The position numbers and the translations under genes were made by a program. A stretch of DNA of 64,000 bases from Terriglobia bacterium (lineage in GTDB: Bacteria; Acidobacteriota; Terriglobia; Bryobacterales; UBA6623). Location: contig CAWGNS010000007.1 in assembly GCA_963824095.1 (NCBI GenBank), forward strand, positions 577,756-641,755. The letters are read 5' to 3'. Positions 40,492 to 49,858 of the stretch are shown one piece after another; position 1 is the first letter of the stretch; each line of letters opens with the position of its first letter. Below the pieces are notes generated by a model. The model was given only the letters and a program-made list of their open reading frames with translations. It searched no databases and had not been told where the DNA came from.

Positions 40492-41367
40492 TCAGCGCTG
40501 CGCCACCGGCTCGTGCTCCAGCGCCACCTGACCCTTGAAACGCAAGTCGACCATCTTCACGATGCCGTATTTCTGTTTCCAGGCCGGGAAGTTACTTAAG
40601 AATACTCCGAAGCGGTGCCGAAAGTTGTCCTCGCCCATCTGCAGCTCGATCGCCTCGCCGTGGAAGGCGGCGGTCGCCTTGGCATTGTGCGGGTCGGCCA
40701 CGTTGACCTCGGAGACCATCGAACTCCAATGCGGCTCTTCGCTGTCGAGCGCGCCGAGCAGATCCAGATACAGCCGGATACGGCTCTGGCGGTCGGCGAG
40801 CGGCTGCTCGGGCGTCACACCGGAAATCACCGGCAAGGTCAGCCGCGCTTCCTCGGGCAGATCGAGAAACACGCCATAGGCGTCGACCAACTGCGTCGTC
40901 TCGCCATGGCTGCCTTTCTCGCTCACGCGCGCAAACGCCACCGGGCGGCGCTCGTCGATGTGGGCCCAGATCTGATGCGTCCAGATGCGCGCGACGGTGG
41001 CCTGCTCGACCCAGGGCAGCGCGGCGATCTGCTCGCGGCGCTCCTCGAGCGGCACGTCGAACAGGTTCTTGCCGAAGTCGGCCTCGAAGATGGCGCGCAC
41101 CTGCTCCGGTTTCACGTACGAGAGCCCGCTGACCAGCAGGTCGCTGCCGTCGGCGGCGAAAGCGAACCGCCGGTCGGTGTGCAAAAAGCGCTCCAGCGAA
41201 TAGGCCGAGGTGACGCACAGCGCCCCCGCCAGCACCACGATCGCGATGCGCCGCAGGGGCAGTTGCCGCCAGTCGCCCAGCCGGCGGCTGACCCGCACGG
41301 GTTTATTGCGCCGCAGATAGGACGAGGATTCCTTCGCCGCCTCGCCGTTGGTTTTGCCTCGCGCCAT
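40492..41367 (-). CDS. ftsQ: Cell division protein FtsQ/DivIB (POTRA)
   Basis: Single TM, POTRA-like region, and position between murC and ftsA. Confidence 0.75.
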   Translation of the reverse strand: MARGKTNGEAAKESSSYLRRNKPVRVSRRLGDWRQLPLRRIAIVVLAGALCVTSAYSLERFLHTDRRFAFAADGSDLLVSGLSYVKPEQVRAIFEADFGKNLFDVPLEERREQIAALPWVEQATVARIWTHQIWAHIDERRPVAFARVSEKGSHGETTQLVDAYGVFLDLPEEARLTLPVISGVTPEQPLADRQSRIRLYLDLLGALDSEEPHWSSMVSEVNVADPHNAKATAAFHGEAIELQMGEDNFRHRFGVFLSNFPAWKQKYGIVKMVDLRFKGQVALEHEPVAQR

Positions 41368-41388
41368 GAATCTCCCACTACCCGGAGG

Positions 41389-42810
41389 CTAACGCCCCAC
41401 CGAAACCTTCGCACCGCGCGAAGCCAGTTCGCTCAGCAGCTTTTCGCCCGCCTGCCAGATGCTGCCGGCGCCCAGCGTCAGAATCGCGTCGCCGGGCCCG
41501 GCCAGCGCCACCGCCCGGCCGATCGCCGTCTCCATCGAATCGACGTATTCCACCTTGCCGCCCTGCACCGCCCGGATGCGCGCGGCCAGCTTGCTGGCGT
41601 CGACACCCTCGATCGGCTGCTCGCCGGCACTATATATATCGAGGACGAACAGCGAGTCGCAGTCGGTGAAGCAGCGCGCGAACTCATCCGCCAGCAGGTG
41701 GGTGCGCGAATAGCGGTGCGGCTGGAAGATCACGTGGATCTTGCCGAACTGGCAGGTTCGCGCCGCCGCCAAGGTGGCTGCGATCTCGGTGGGGTGGTGG
41801 CCGTAGTCGTCGATGACGGTGACGCCGGCCGCCTCGCCGCGAATCTGAAAGCGCCGGTCGACGCCACTGAAGCTCGCCAGCCCCTCGCGGATCACCTCAG
41901 GCTCGATCTGCAGCTCGAGGCCAACCAGGGTCGCCGCCGCCGCGTTCAACACGTTGTGGCGGCCCGCGCCGTGGACCAGAAATTCGCCCAGGTCGCGCTC
42001 GCCGAGCGTCAACCGGAAACGGCTTTCGAGGTGCCCGCAACGCACGTCGGAAACCTTCAGGTCGGCGTCGGGCGAGCGCTCGACGGTGCCGTAGGTGCGC
42101 ACCTGGCGTTTCACCCGCGGCAGAATCTTGCGCACGTTCGCGTCGTCGATGCACAGAATCGCCGAGCCGTAGAAAGGCACCCGGTTGGCGAACTCGACAA
42201 AGGTATCGGCCAGCGCCTCGAACGAGCGGTAGTGGTCGAGGTGCTCGTGGTCGATGTTGGTGATCGCCGCCAGGATCGGCGTCAGCTTCAACAGCGAGCC
42301 GTCGCTTTCGTCGGACTCGACCAGCAGCAGGTCGCTCTTGCCCAGCTTGGCGTTCGAACCCATCGAATCGACGCGCCCGCCGACGACGACCGTGGGGTCC
42401 TTGCCGGCGTGGTTGAGCACTGCGGCGGTCATCGAGGTCGTCGTGGTCTTGCCATGGCTGCCGCCGATCGCAATGCCGTACTTGAGCCGCATCAACTCGG
42501 CCAGCAGCTCGCCGCGCGGGATCACCGGGATCTTGCGTTCGCGCGCCGCCGCCAACTCCGGGTTCGACTCGGGGATCGCCGAGCTGACCACGATCGCCTC
42601 GGCGCCGGCGATGTTTTCGGCGCGGTGGCCTTCGAAGGTTCGCGCGCCCAGCTTCGCCAGCCGCGCCGTCACCGCCGAGGCGCGCAAGTCCGAACCGCTG
42701 ATCGGATAGCCCAGGTTCAGCAGAATCTCGGCAATGCCGCTCATACCGATGCCGCCGATCCCAATGAAGTGGATGTGGCGGTGCTTGATGGGGATTTCTT
42801 TAAACAGCAT
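41389..42810 (-). CDS. murC: UDP-N-acetylmuramate--L-alanine ligase
   Basis: HFIGIGGIGMSGIAEILLNLGY and GGSHGKTTTTSM. Confidence 0.95.
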   Translation of the reverse strand: MLFKEIPIKHRHIHFIGIGGIGMSGIAEILLNLGYPISGSDLRASAVTARLAKLGARTFEGHRAENIAGAEAIVVSSAIPESNPELAAARERKIPVIPRGELLAELMRLKYGIAIGGSHGKTTTTSMTAAVLNHAGKDPTVVVGGRVDSMGSNAKLGKSDLLLVESDESDGSLLKLTPILAAITNIDHEHLDHYRSFEALADTFVEFANRVPFYGSAILCIDDANVRKILPRVKRQVRTYGTVERSPDADLKVSDVRCGHLESRFRLTLGERDLGEFLVHGAGRHNVLNAAAATLVGLELQIEPEVIREGLASFSGVDRRFQIRGEAAGVTVIDDYGHHPTEIAATLAAARTCQFGKIHVIFQPHRYSRTHLLADEFARCFTDCDSLFVLDIYSAGEQPIEGVDASKLAARIRAVQGGKVEYVDSMETAIGRAVALAGPGDAILTLGAGSIWQAGEKLLSELASRGAKVSVGR

Positions 42811-42820
42811 GGGTGAAACA

Positions 42821-42967
42821 GTTGATCCGTTGATGGTTGATCGGTTGATCCGAATGATCTGTCAGTCCGCTACTCAGCTGCCCTTGCCCGTCACTCTCAA
42901 ACCCTGCGCCACGCAACCCGGGTCAACCTTCAACGGATCAACATTCAACGGCTAATCAACCCGATCA
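42821..42967. repeat. Inverted arrays of GTTGATC / GATCAAC heptamer-like units flanking the murG-murC junction
   Basis: Left arm GTTGATCCGTTGATGGTTGATCGGTTGATCCG (42821-42852). Right arm GTCAACCTTCAACGGATCAACATTCAACGGCTAATCAACCCGATCAG (42922-42967), which overlaps the last murG codons. Confidence 0.6.
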
Positions 42968-44030
42968 GCCTCTCCGCCGCCAGGGCGGCCGCACCGGGCT
43001 TGGCCAGGGTGCGGGCGGCTTGCTCCATTTGCTCCAGGGTCGCGGGCGAATCGAGCAAACGCTCGACTTCCTCCACCATGCGTTCGCCGTTCCAATCGCT
43101 GTCGAGTACCAAGCGCGCGCCGCCGGCGGCTTGCATGGCCTCGGCGTTGCGGACCTGATGATCGTCGGCGGAGAACGGGAACGGGATTAATATCGATGCC
43201 CTCCCGGCGGCGGCAAGCTCTCCCACCGCGGAGGCGCCGGATCGGCAGATGACGAGGTCGGCTTCGGCGAAAGCCTGGGGCATCTCGTCGAAAAAGGGCA
43301 CGACCTGCGCGTTGGCACGGTACAAAGCGTAGGCGGAATGTATTCCATTATATTCTTTTGGGCCCGTCTGGTGCAGAAACTTAAGCTCTTCCAGACGTTT
43401 TTTTGAGCTCCACAGCTCGATCGCTTCGACGGCTGCCCGGTTGAGCCGCTGCGAGCCCTGGCTGCCTCCGGTGATCAGCACCGTGAAGGGCCGGCCGTGG
43501 GGTTTCGGCGGCACCTGGAAGAATTCATCGCGGATCGGGATACCGCTGAACTCGCTGCGCCCGGGGCGAAAGTATTCCTCGCCGCGCGGGAACCCGAGCA
43601 GCGCGTGCGAGACGAAGCGGCCAACCAAACGATGCGCCAGGCCCGGCTTGGCATTGGGTTCGACCACCACGATCGGAATCTTCCGCAGGATCGCCGCCAG
43701 CAGGACAGGTCCGGCCACGTAGCCGCCCAGGCTCAGCACCGCCGCCGGCCGTTGCCGGTCGAGCAGCCGGCCCGCTTGCCACAGAGCTTGGGGCAGTCGA
43801 ATCATCGTTTCCATCTGGCGCCGGATCGAGACGCGATTGAGCGCGCCCACCGCCAGCAACGTCAGCGGAAAGCCTTCCTGGGGGACCAGGCGGCTCTCCA
43901 GGCCGCGGGCGGTGCCGACAAACCGGCAGCAATATCCGCGGCGGCGCAACTCGCGCGCAATCTGCAAGCCCGGGATCACGTGCCCCCCCGTGCCCCCGGC
44001 GGCGATCAAAAAGCTGGCGCCCTCCCTCAC
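42945..44030 (-). CDS. murG: Lipid II synthase MurG
   Basis: AAGGTGGHVIPGLQIARELRRRG and a GT28 C-terminal domain. Confidence 0.9.
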   Translation of the reverse strand: MREGASFLIAAGGTGGHVIPGLQIARELRRRGYCCRFVGTARGLESRLVPQEGFPLTLLAVGALNRVSIRRQMETMIRLPQALWQAGRLLDRQRPAAVLSLGGYVAGPVLLAAILRKIPIVVVEPNAKPGLAHRLVGRFVSHALLGFPRGEEYFRPGRSEFSGIPIRDEFFQVPPKPHGRPFTVLITGGSQGSQRLNRAAVEAIELWSSKKRLEELKFLHQTGPKEYNGIHSAYALYRANAQVVPFFDEMPQAFAEADLVICRSGASAVGELAAAGRASILIPFPFSADDHQVRNAEAMQAAGGARLVLDSDWNGERMVEEVERLLDSPATLEQMEQAARTLAKPGAAALAAERLIGLISR

Positions 44031-44268
44031 ATCCTCAGCCTAGCGCGTCGATTTTCGAAAAACCGGGCGCCGGGCGCCGAAAGCCAGGCCCCAGGAAACA
44101 GAGCCGCGGGCGGAAGCCCGCGGGCGGCCGCGAAGACCAACGGGAGCCCGGGAGTTCTTGCCGCTTCGGCGTGCACCCTTCCGGGTGCGCCTCTGATTTC
44201 GCGCTTCGCGGGTTTCTTGCCGCGGTTGCACAGACCTTGGGCAAAACAAAACGGCCCGTGCCCACCCT

Positions 44269-44289
44269 GGGCAGGCCGGAGGCCTGCCC
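44269..44289. repeat. CAGGC-type hairpin
   Basis: GGGCAGGCC gga GGCCTGCCC with conserved flanks TG...CACT. Confidence 0.6.
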
Positions 44290-44291
44290 CA

Positions 44292-45371
44292 CTAGGTTCG
44301 ATGCTGACTGACATTGAGCAGGACCCCCGCGGCGGCTAGCGCCGAGACCATGGCCGTTCCGCCGTAGCTCACAAACGGCAGCGGCATGCCTTTGGTCGGC
44401 AGCATGGCGAGCACTACGCCCAGGTTCAGCATCGCCTGGCAGACGATCATCGCCGTCAGCCCGCCCGCCAGGTAGCAGCCGAAACGGTCGGGCGCGCGCA
44501 GCGCCGTCGACAGGCCGCGCCACAGGATGATCGCGAACGCCAGGGCGATCAGGCAGCCGCCGATCAGTCCGGCTTCCTCGCCGATCACCGCGAAAATGAA
44601 ATCGGTGTGCGCCTCGGGCAGAAAGCGCATCTTCTGGCGGCCCTGCATCAGCCCCTGGCCGAGCCAACCTCCGGTGCCCACCGCGATTTCCGACTGCAGG
44701 ATCTGGAAGCCGGCGCCCAGCGGGTCCGACTCGGGGTTGAGGAAGATGAAGAAGCGCCGGACACGATAGGGCTCGATCCAGATCGCCATCGCCAGCAGCG
44801 GCAGACCCGCCAGCACGGCGCCGGCAAAAAAGCGGAAATTCAGGCCGGCGAACCAGAACACCACGGCCGCCAGCACCACCAGTGAGAAAGCCGTGCCCAG
44901 GTCGCGGCCGCCTAACACCAGCGCGCAGAGCACGCCGACGATCAGCCCCGCGCCGGCCAGGGTGTGCCACTCGTTGATGCGGTCGGTGCGCGACTCGAGG
45001 TAGAACGCCAGGAACAGGATCAGCGCCAGCTTGGCGAATTCCGAGGGTTGGATCGAAAACAGATCGCCGACATGGATGAAGCGGTGAGTGTTGGCCGTCT
45101 GGCCGACCGCGAGCGCCGCCACCAGCAGGATCACGGTGATGCCCAGCACCGCGAACACGGTTTTCTGGCGGCGCAGTTGCTGGTAGTCGAAATACATCAA
45201 CCAGCGCATCGCGGCCAGGCCCGCCCCCACCGCGATCAACTGCTTGACAACGTAGCGCATCGACGCCACCGGCCCGCCCGCCGTGGCGCTGAACACCATC
45301 AGGATCCCGAAAAACATCAGCGCCAGCACGGCGCCGCACAAAACCCGATCGTATTGCAGTGTCCTAGGCAT
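44292..45371 (-). CDS. ftsW: SEDS peptidoglycan polymerase FtsW
   Basis: A 10-TM SEDS protein with PEAHTDFIFAVIGEE and GMPLPFVSYGG motifs. Confidence 0.9.
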   Translation of the reverse strand: MPRTLQYDRVLCGAVLALMFFGILMVFSATAGGPVASMRYVVKQLIAVGAGLAAMRWLMYFDYQQLRRQKTVFAVLGITVILLVAALAVGQTANTHRFIHVGDLFSIQPSEFAKLALILFLAFYLESRTDRINEWHTLAGAGLIVGVLCALVLGGRDLGTAFSLVVLAAVVFWFAGLNFRFFAGAVLAGLPLLAMAIWIEPYRVRRFFIFLNPESDPLGAGFQILQSEIAVGTGGWLGQGLMQGRQKMRFLPEAHTDFIFAVIGEEAGLIGGCLIALAFAIILWRGLSTALRAPDRFGCYLAGGLTAMIVCQAMLNLGVVLAMLPTKGMPLPFVSYGGTAMVSALAAAGVLLNVSQHRT

Positions 45372-45526
45372 GATGTCTTCTCACGTGGCACCGGCAATTT
45401 TGCCTGTGCTCTGGCTTGATGGCACAGGTAGTCTGACCCGTGCTGTTGCTGGTTTGGTGGCGCACGCTTGCTTCCGCCCGACGGCTCCGACGAGACCCCG
45501 GGCCGTCTCGCCTGCCCGTGCAAAAA

Positions 45527-45546
45527 CACAGGCACGATTGCCTGTG
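45527..45546. repeat. CAGGC-type hairpin
   Basis: CACAGGCA cgat TGCCTGTG. Confidence 0.55.
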
Positions 45547-45569
45547 GCACTTCATATGCCTGCGCCACG

Positions 45570-46958
45570 TCATGCCAGCGCTCCTACCAACTGCTTGAAT
45601 ACGCGGCCGCGGTGGCCGTAGTTCTGAAACTGGTCGAAGCTGGCGCAGGCCGGCGCGAGCAAAACCGTGTCTCCGGGCTTCGACTGCCCCCGCGCATATT
45701 CGACGGCGCGCTCGATGTCGCCGGCGGAATGAATCGCCACCCAGCCGTCGAACTGCACGGCCATTTTCGCCGCCGCCGCGCCGATCAGAATCGCCGCCCG
45801 CGCGCGCTGCTTGAGCGGCTCGCGCAGCGCGTAGTAGTCGGAGCCTTTTTCCGAGCCGCCCAGGATGACCCACAGACCGCCGTCGAACGCCTCGATCGCT
45901 TTCAGCGTCGCATCCACGTTGGTCGCCTTCGAGTCGTTGTAGTAGTCGACGCCGTCGAGCGTGCGGACGTATTCGAGGCGATGCTCGACCGCGGTGAAGC
46001 TCTGCAGCGCGGGGCCGATGGCATCGGCGGGCACGCCAGCCAGCGAGCTCGCCGCCACCGCCGCCAGGGCGTTCTCGAGATTGTGCGCGCCGCGGATCGG
46101 CAAGGCCGTCTCGCCGATGCGTGTGCCGTTGAACACGATCCAGCCGTCTTGGACGCCGGCGCCCGACTCAAGCGGCTGCGTGCGGCTGAACCAGCAGACC
46201 TGCCCGCGCGCCTGGGGAGCGAGTTCGCGGCAAACCGCGTCGTCGGCGTTGAGCACGGCATAGTCGCCGGCGGTCTGCGCCAGGAAAATGTGCGCCTTGG
46301 CCTGCGCATAGCCGGCCAACGTCTTGTGGCGATCGAGATGATCGGGCGTGATGTTGAGAATCAAGGCGATCTCACAGCGCAAGTGGCTCATCGCTTCGAG
46401 CTGAAAGCTGGAAAGCTCCAGCACGTTCCAGGTATCGTCCTCCGATTCGTCGACGATCGAAAGCAGCGGCCGGCCGATATTGCCCGCCACGCAAACTTTC
46501 CAACCCGCCGACCGCAGAATATGGCCCAGCAAAGAAGTCGTCGTGGTCTTGCCATTGGTGCCGGTAACGCCGATCACATGGCCGCGCAGAATCGAGGCCG
46601 CCACCTCCAACTCGCCCACGACCAAGACGCCCGAGCGCCGCGCTGCTTCGAGTTGCGGCAGATCCCAGGGAACGCCGGGCGAAGGGATGATCATGTCCTG
46701 CGAGGCGAACAACTCATCGGGATGCCCGCCCAGATGAAGCGTGACGCCCAAGTTCCGCAGTTCCGGAGCCACCGCCCCCACCTTTTCGGGAGACTGACTA
46801 TCGGTAGCCGTCACGACCGCGCCGCGAGCCACAAAAAAGCGAGCCGCCGCCCGGCCCGATTCGCCCAAACCAACGACGAGCACACGAAGACCGTGGAAGT
46901 CGATGGGTTGAACTCGGTTGTTCCGTTGATCGTTGATCGGTTGATCCGGGTTCGGCAT
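45570..46958 (-). CDS. murD: UDP-N-acetylmuramoylalanine--D-glutamate ligase
   Basis: VVGLGESGRAAARFF and GVTGTNGKTTTTSL. Confidence 0.9.
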   Translation of the reverse strand: MPNPDQPINDQRNNRVQPIDFHGLRVLVVGLGESGRAAARFFVARGAVVTATDSQSPEKVGAVAPELRNLGVTLHLGGHPDELFASQDMIIPSPGVPWDLPQLEAARRSGVLVVGELEVAASILRGHVIGVTGTNGKTTTTSLLGHILRSAGWKVCVAGNIGRPLLSIVDESEDDTWNVLELSSFQLEAMSHLRCEIALILNITPDHLDRHKTLAGYAQAKAHIFLAQTAGDYAVLNADDAVCRELAPQARGQVCWFSRTQPLESGAGVQDGWIVFNGTRIGETALPIRGAHNLENALAAVAASSLAGVPADAIGPALQSFTAVEHRLEYVRTLDGVDYYNDSKATNVDATLKAIEAFDGGLWVILGGSEKGSDYYALREPLKQRARAAILIGAAAAKMAVQFDGWVAIHSAGDIERAVEYARGQSKPGDTVLLAPACASFDQFQNYGHRGRVFKQLVGALA

Positions 46959-47105
46959 CGATTGTGGCTTCCGTGCGTTCAGGGCCGCCGCCCTCTTGAT
47001 CCGCTCTCCATACTCTCCGGCCTATCGCCGCATGCGTTCATCAGTCCCACCATCACTCGGATCAACCGATCAACTGCTCAACGGAGTTTCAACGTACTCA
47101 ACGCC
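46905..47105. repeat. Second pair of inverted GTTGATC / GATCAAC arrays at the mraY-murD junction
   Basis: Left arm GGGTTGAACTCGGTTGTTCCGTTGATCGTTGATCGGTTGATCCGG (46905-46949, inside the first 18 murD codons). Right arm CGGATCAACCGATCAACTGCTCAACGGAGTTTCAACGTACTCAACGCC (47058-47105, spanning the mraY stop). Confidence 0.6.
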
Positions 47106-48211
47106 AACAGCGACCAGACCAGCCCGGCGATCCAGAAGCGAATAATCACTTTCGATTCGGGCCAGCCGAGCGCCTCGAAATGATGGTGCAGCGGGGCCAT
47201 CTTGAACACCCGTTTGCCGCGCAGCTTGAAGCTGCCGACCTGCAGGATGACCGACAGCACCTCGGCGACAAACACACCGCCGACGAACAGCAGCAGAATC
47301 TCCTGCTTCACCAAGATTGCGATCGTGCCCATCGCGCCGCCCAGCGCCAGCGAACCGACGTCGCCCATAAAAATTTCCGCCGGGTGGCAGTTGTACCAGA
47401 GAAACGCCAGGCTCGCGCCGACCAGCGCGCCGCAGAACACGGTCAGCTCGGCCGCCTGCGGCACGCGCGCGATGTCGAGGTAGACTGCGTACTCGCGGTG
47501 TCCGGCGACATAGGAGAGCACCGTCAGCGCGCCGCCGCAGATGATCGTCAGCCCGATCGCCAGACCGTCGAGGCCGTCGGTGAGATTGACCGCGTTCGAC
47601 GAGCCCACCAGGACGAAGAACAAGAACCCAAAGAAAAACACGAAGGCGAACGGATAGGTCCAGGGGTTCCCCAGCAGGCTGGCGATGACCAGCGTCGGGC
47701 GCACGCTCTTGAAAAACGGCAGCACCAGATCGGGCTCGTAGGCGCCGCGCGCATACATCCACACCAACGCGGCGCAGATCAGCAGCGTCATGGCGAGTTG
47801 TAGCAGCATCTTCTTGCGAGCCGTGAGGCCGAGATTCTGACCGTGGCGAATCTTGGTGGAGTCGTCGAGAAAGCCGATGAATCCGAAGCCGACCAGCGCG
47901 AACAGCGCGATCCAGACGTAGAGATTGCTCAGGTTCGCCCACAGCAAGGTCGGCACCACGATCGAGACATTGATCAGCAGGCCGCCCATGGTCGGCGTGC
48001 CGGCTTTGCACTGGTGCGACTTGGGGCCGTCCTCGCGAATGTGCTGCCGGATCTGGAACGCTTGCAGCTTGCGGATCAGCCACGGCCCGAGCATCAGCCC
48101 CAGCCCCAACGCGGTGAGGCTCGCGAACGCGGTGCGCACCGTGATGTAGCTGAACACACGCAGCGGGCTGAAATGCGGAAACAGTTGCTCGTAGAGAAGG
48201 TGGTACAGCAT
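47078..48211 (-). CDS. mraY: Phospho-N-acetylmuramoyl-pentapeptide transferase
   Basis: MLYHLLYEQLFPHFSPLRVFSYITVRT N-terminus. ATG 48211 is used. The track start 48355 would read through two REP-like hairpins. Confidence 0.9.
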   Translation of the reverse strand: MLYHLLYEQLFPHFSPLRVFSYITVRTAFASLTALGLGLMLGPWLIRKLQAFQIRQHIREDGPKSHQCKAGTPTMGGLLINVSIVVPTLLWANLSNLYVWIALFALVGFGFIGFLDDSTKIRHGQNLGLTARKKMLLQLAMTLLICAALVWMYARGAYEPDLVLPFFKSVRPTLVIASLLGNPWTYPFAFVFFFGFLFFVLVGSSNAVNLTDGLDGLAIGLTIICGGALTVLSYVAGHREYAVYLDIARVPQAAELTVFCGALVGASLAFLWYNCHPAEIFMGDVGSLALGGAMGTIAILVKQEILLLFVGGVFVAEVLSVILQVGSFKLRGKRVFKMAPLHHHFEALGWPESKVIIRFWIAGLVWSLLALSTLKLR

Positions 48212-48269
48212 TAGAAGCCACCCGCGCTTGCCGCTAACAGAAACATCGCGCGCCGCGGGCCGCACAGTG

Positions 48270-48290
48270 GCGCAGGCCTCCGGCCTGTGC
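48270..48290. repeat. CAGGC-type hairpin (inverted copy of the 12630 element)
   Basis: GCGCAGGCC tcc GGCCTGTGC. Confidence 0.6.
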
Positions 48291-48345
48291 AAATCCGCCG
48301 GCCTGGCAACGTTCCCGGTTGGCAACCGCCGGCGTCCAGATGCTT

Positions 48346-48366
48346 GGGCAGGCAAGATCCCTGCCC
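48346..48366. repeat. CAGGC-type hairpin
   Basis: GGGCAGG caagatc CCTGCCC, with the same TG...CACT flanks as 44269 and 60493. Confidence 0.6.
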
Positions 48367-48397
48367 CACTGGCCGGACCGACATTCGTGCGTGGAAC

Positions 48398-49858
48398 TTA
48401 GCGCGCAACTTTCTCCACCGCCTTCTCCAATCCCACCGCCCGCGACGCTTTGAACAGCACTGCGTCGCCGGGCTCCAGAAATCCCGCCAGAAATTCGCCG
48501 GCGGCTTCGGCATCGTCGAAAAAATGCGACGCGGAGCCGGCCAGCCCGGCGGCCACCGCTCCCGCCGCGATCTCGCGAGCATTGCCCTGGACGGCCACCA
48601 GCACGTCGGCCGCCTGGGCCGCCGCCGCGCCGACCTGGCGATGCAGCGCCGCCGCGGCTTCGCCCAACTCGCGCATCTCGCCCAGCACGGCCACGCGCCG
48701 CCGGGCGGGGGTCTGCCGCAGCACTTCGAGCATCGCCAGCACCGCCGCCGGGTTGGCGTTGTAGGAATCGTTGAGCACCTTCACGCCGCCGGCTTCGACG
48801 AACTCCCCACGCATGCGATACGCCTTCAACGCGGCGACGGCTTCGACCAACTCGGGCGGCTCGATTCCGAACACGCCCGCCACCGCGATCGCCGCCGCGG
48901 CGTTGGCGACGTTGTGGCGGCCCGGCAGCGGACTCGCCAGCGCCGTCTCGCAAGCCGCGCCCGCGTTCGCTCCAGCGCCTGCATTCCGGCGCTCGCCGCG
49001 CGGCGTCCAACGCAGCGTAAAACGCATGCCCTGCGGCCCCAGCGACTCCAGTTTTTCCGCGCGATAGTCGGCCTGGGACTCGACGGCGAAAGTCCGCGAG
49101 CATCCGGGATGAACCTGGGCGAAGCGGCTCACGCGCTCGTCGCCCGCATTGAGCACGGCCACGCCTTGCGGCCCCAGGCTTTCGATCAACTCGCGCTTGG
49201 CCAGCGCGATCTCGTCGACCGACTCGAAAAACTCCAGGTGCGCGGCGTTGACGTTGGTCACCACGCCGACCGTCGGCCGGGCGATCGCGGCCAGCCGGCG
49301 AATCTCGCCGCGATGATTCATGCCCATCTCGAGGACGCCGATTTCGGCGTCGTCGCCGATCCGCAACAGCGACAGCGGCAGCCCGAACTCGTTGTTCAGG
49401 TTGCCCTCGCTTTTCGAAACCCGGTAGCGCGTCGCCAGCAAAGCCGCCACGGCCTCCTTGGTCGTCGTCTTGCCGTTGCTGCCGGTGACGCCCACCAGCG
49501 GCTTTCCCCAGCGACGCCGCGCCGCCGCCGCCAGCCGCCGCAAGGCCTCGGCGGGGTCGTCGACGCCCCACACGCGCCCGACGCTGCCGCCGGCCGCCCG
49601 GCGCGCCTCGACCCAGGCATTCGACGCCACCACTCCGGCGGCGCCGCGCCCGAGCGCCGCGTCGATATAGTCGTGCCCATCGTGGTTGGGCCCGCGAATC
49701 GCGAAAAACAGGTCGCCCGCCGCCACGGTGCGCGAATCGATCGAATAGCCGCCGGCCAACGGCTCACCCACGCCCGGCGCGCCGGGCGCCGCAGTCTCCG
49801 CAGTTGCCGCTACCGGCGCCGCCAGCATTCCTTCGATCTGAGACAGAGCAAGCTTCAC
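48398..49858 (-). CDS. murF: UDP-MurNAc-tripeptide--D-Ala-D-Ala ligase
   Basis: VGVTGSNGKTTTKE. Its start overlaps the murE stop (ATGA). Confidence 0.9.
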   Translation of the reverse strand: MKLALSQIEGMLAAPVAATAETAAPGAPGVGEPLAGGYSIDSRTVAAGDLFFAIRGPNHDGHDYIDAALGRGAAGVVASNAWVEARRAAGGSVGRVWGVDDPAEALRRLAAAARRRWGKPLVGVTGSNGKTTTKEAVAALLATRYRVSKSEGNLNNEFGLPLSLLRIGDDAEIGVLEMGMNHRGEIRRLAAIARPTVGVVTNVNAAHLEFFESVDEIALAKRELIESLGPQGVAVLNAGDERVSRFAQVHPGCSRTFAVESQADYRAEKLESLGPQGMRFTLRWTPRGERRNAGAGANAGAACETALASPLPGRHNVANAAAAIAVAGVFGIEPPELVEAVAALKAYRMRGEFVEAGGVKVLNDSYNANPAAVLAMLEVLRQTPARRRVAVLGEMRELGEAAAALHRQVGAAAAQAADVLVAVQGNAREIAAGAVAAGLAGSASHFFDDAEAAGEFLAGFLEPGDAVLFKASRAVGLEKAVEKVAR

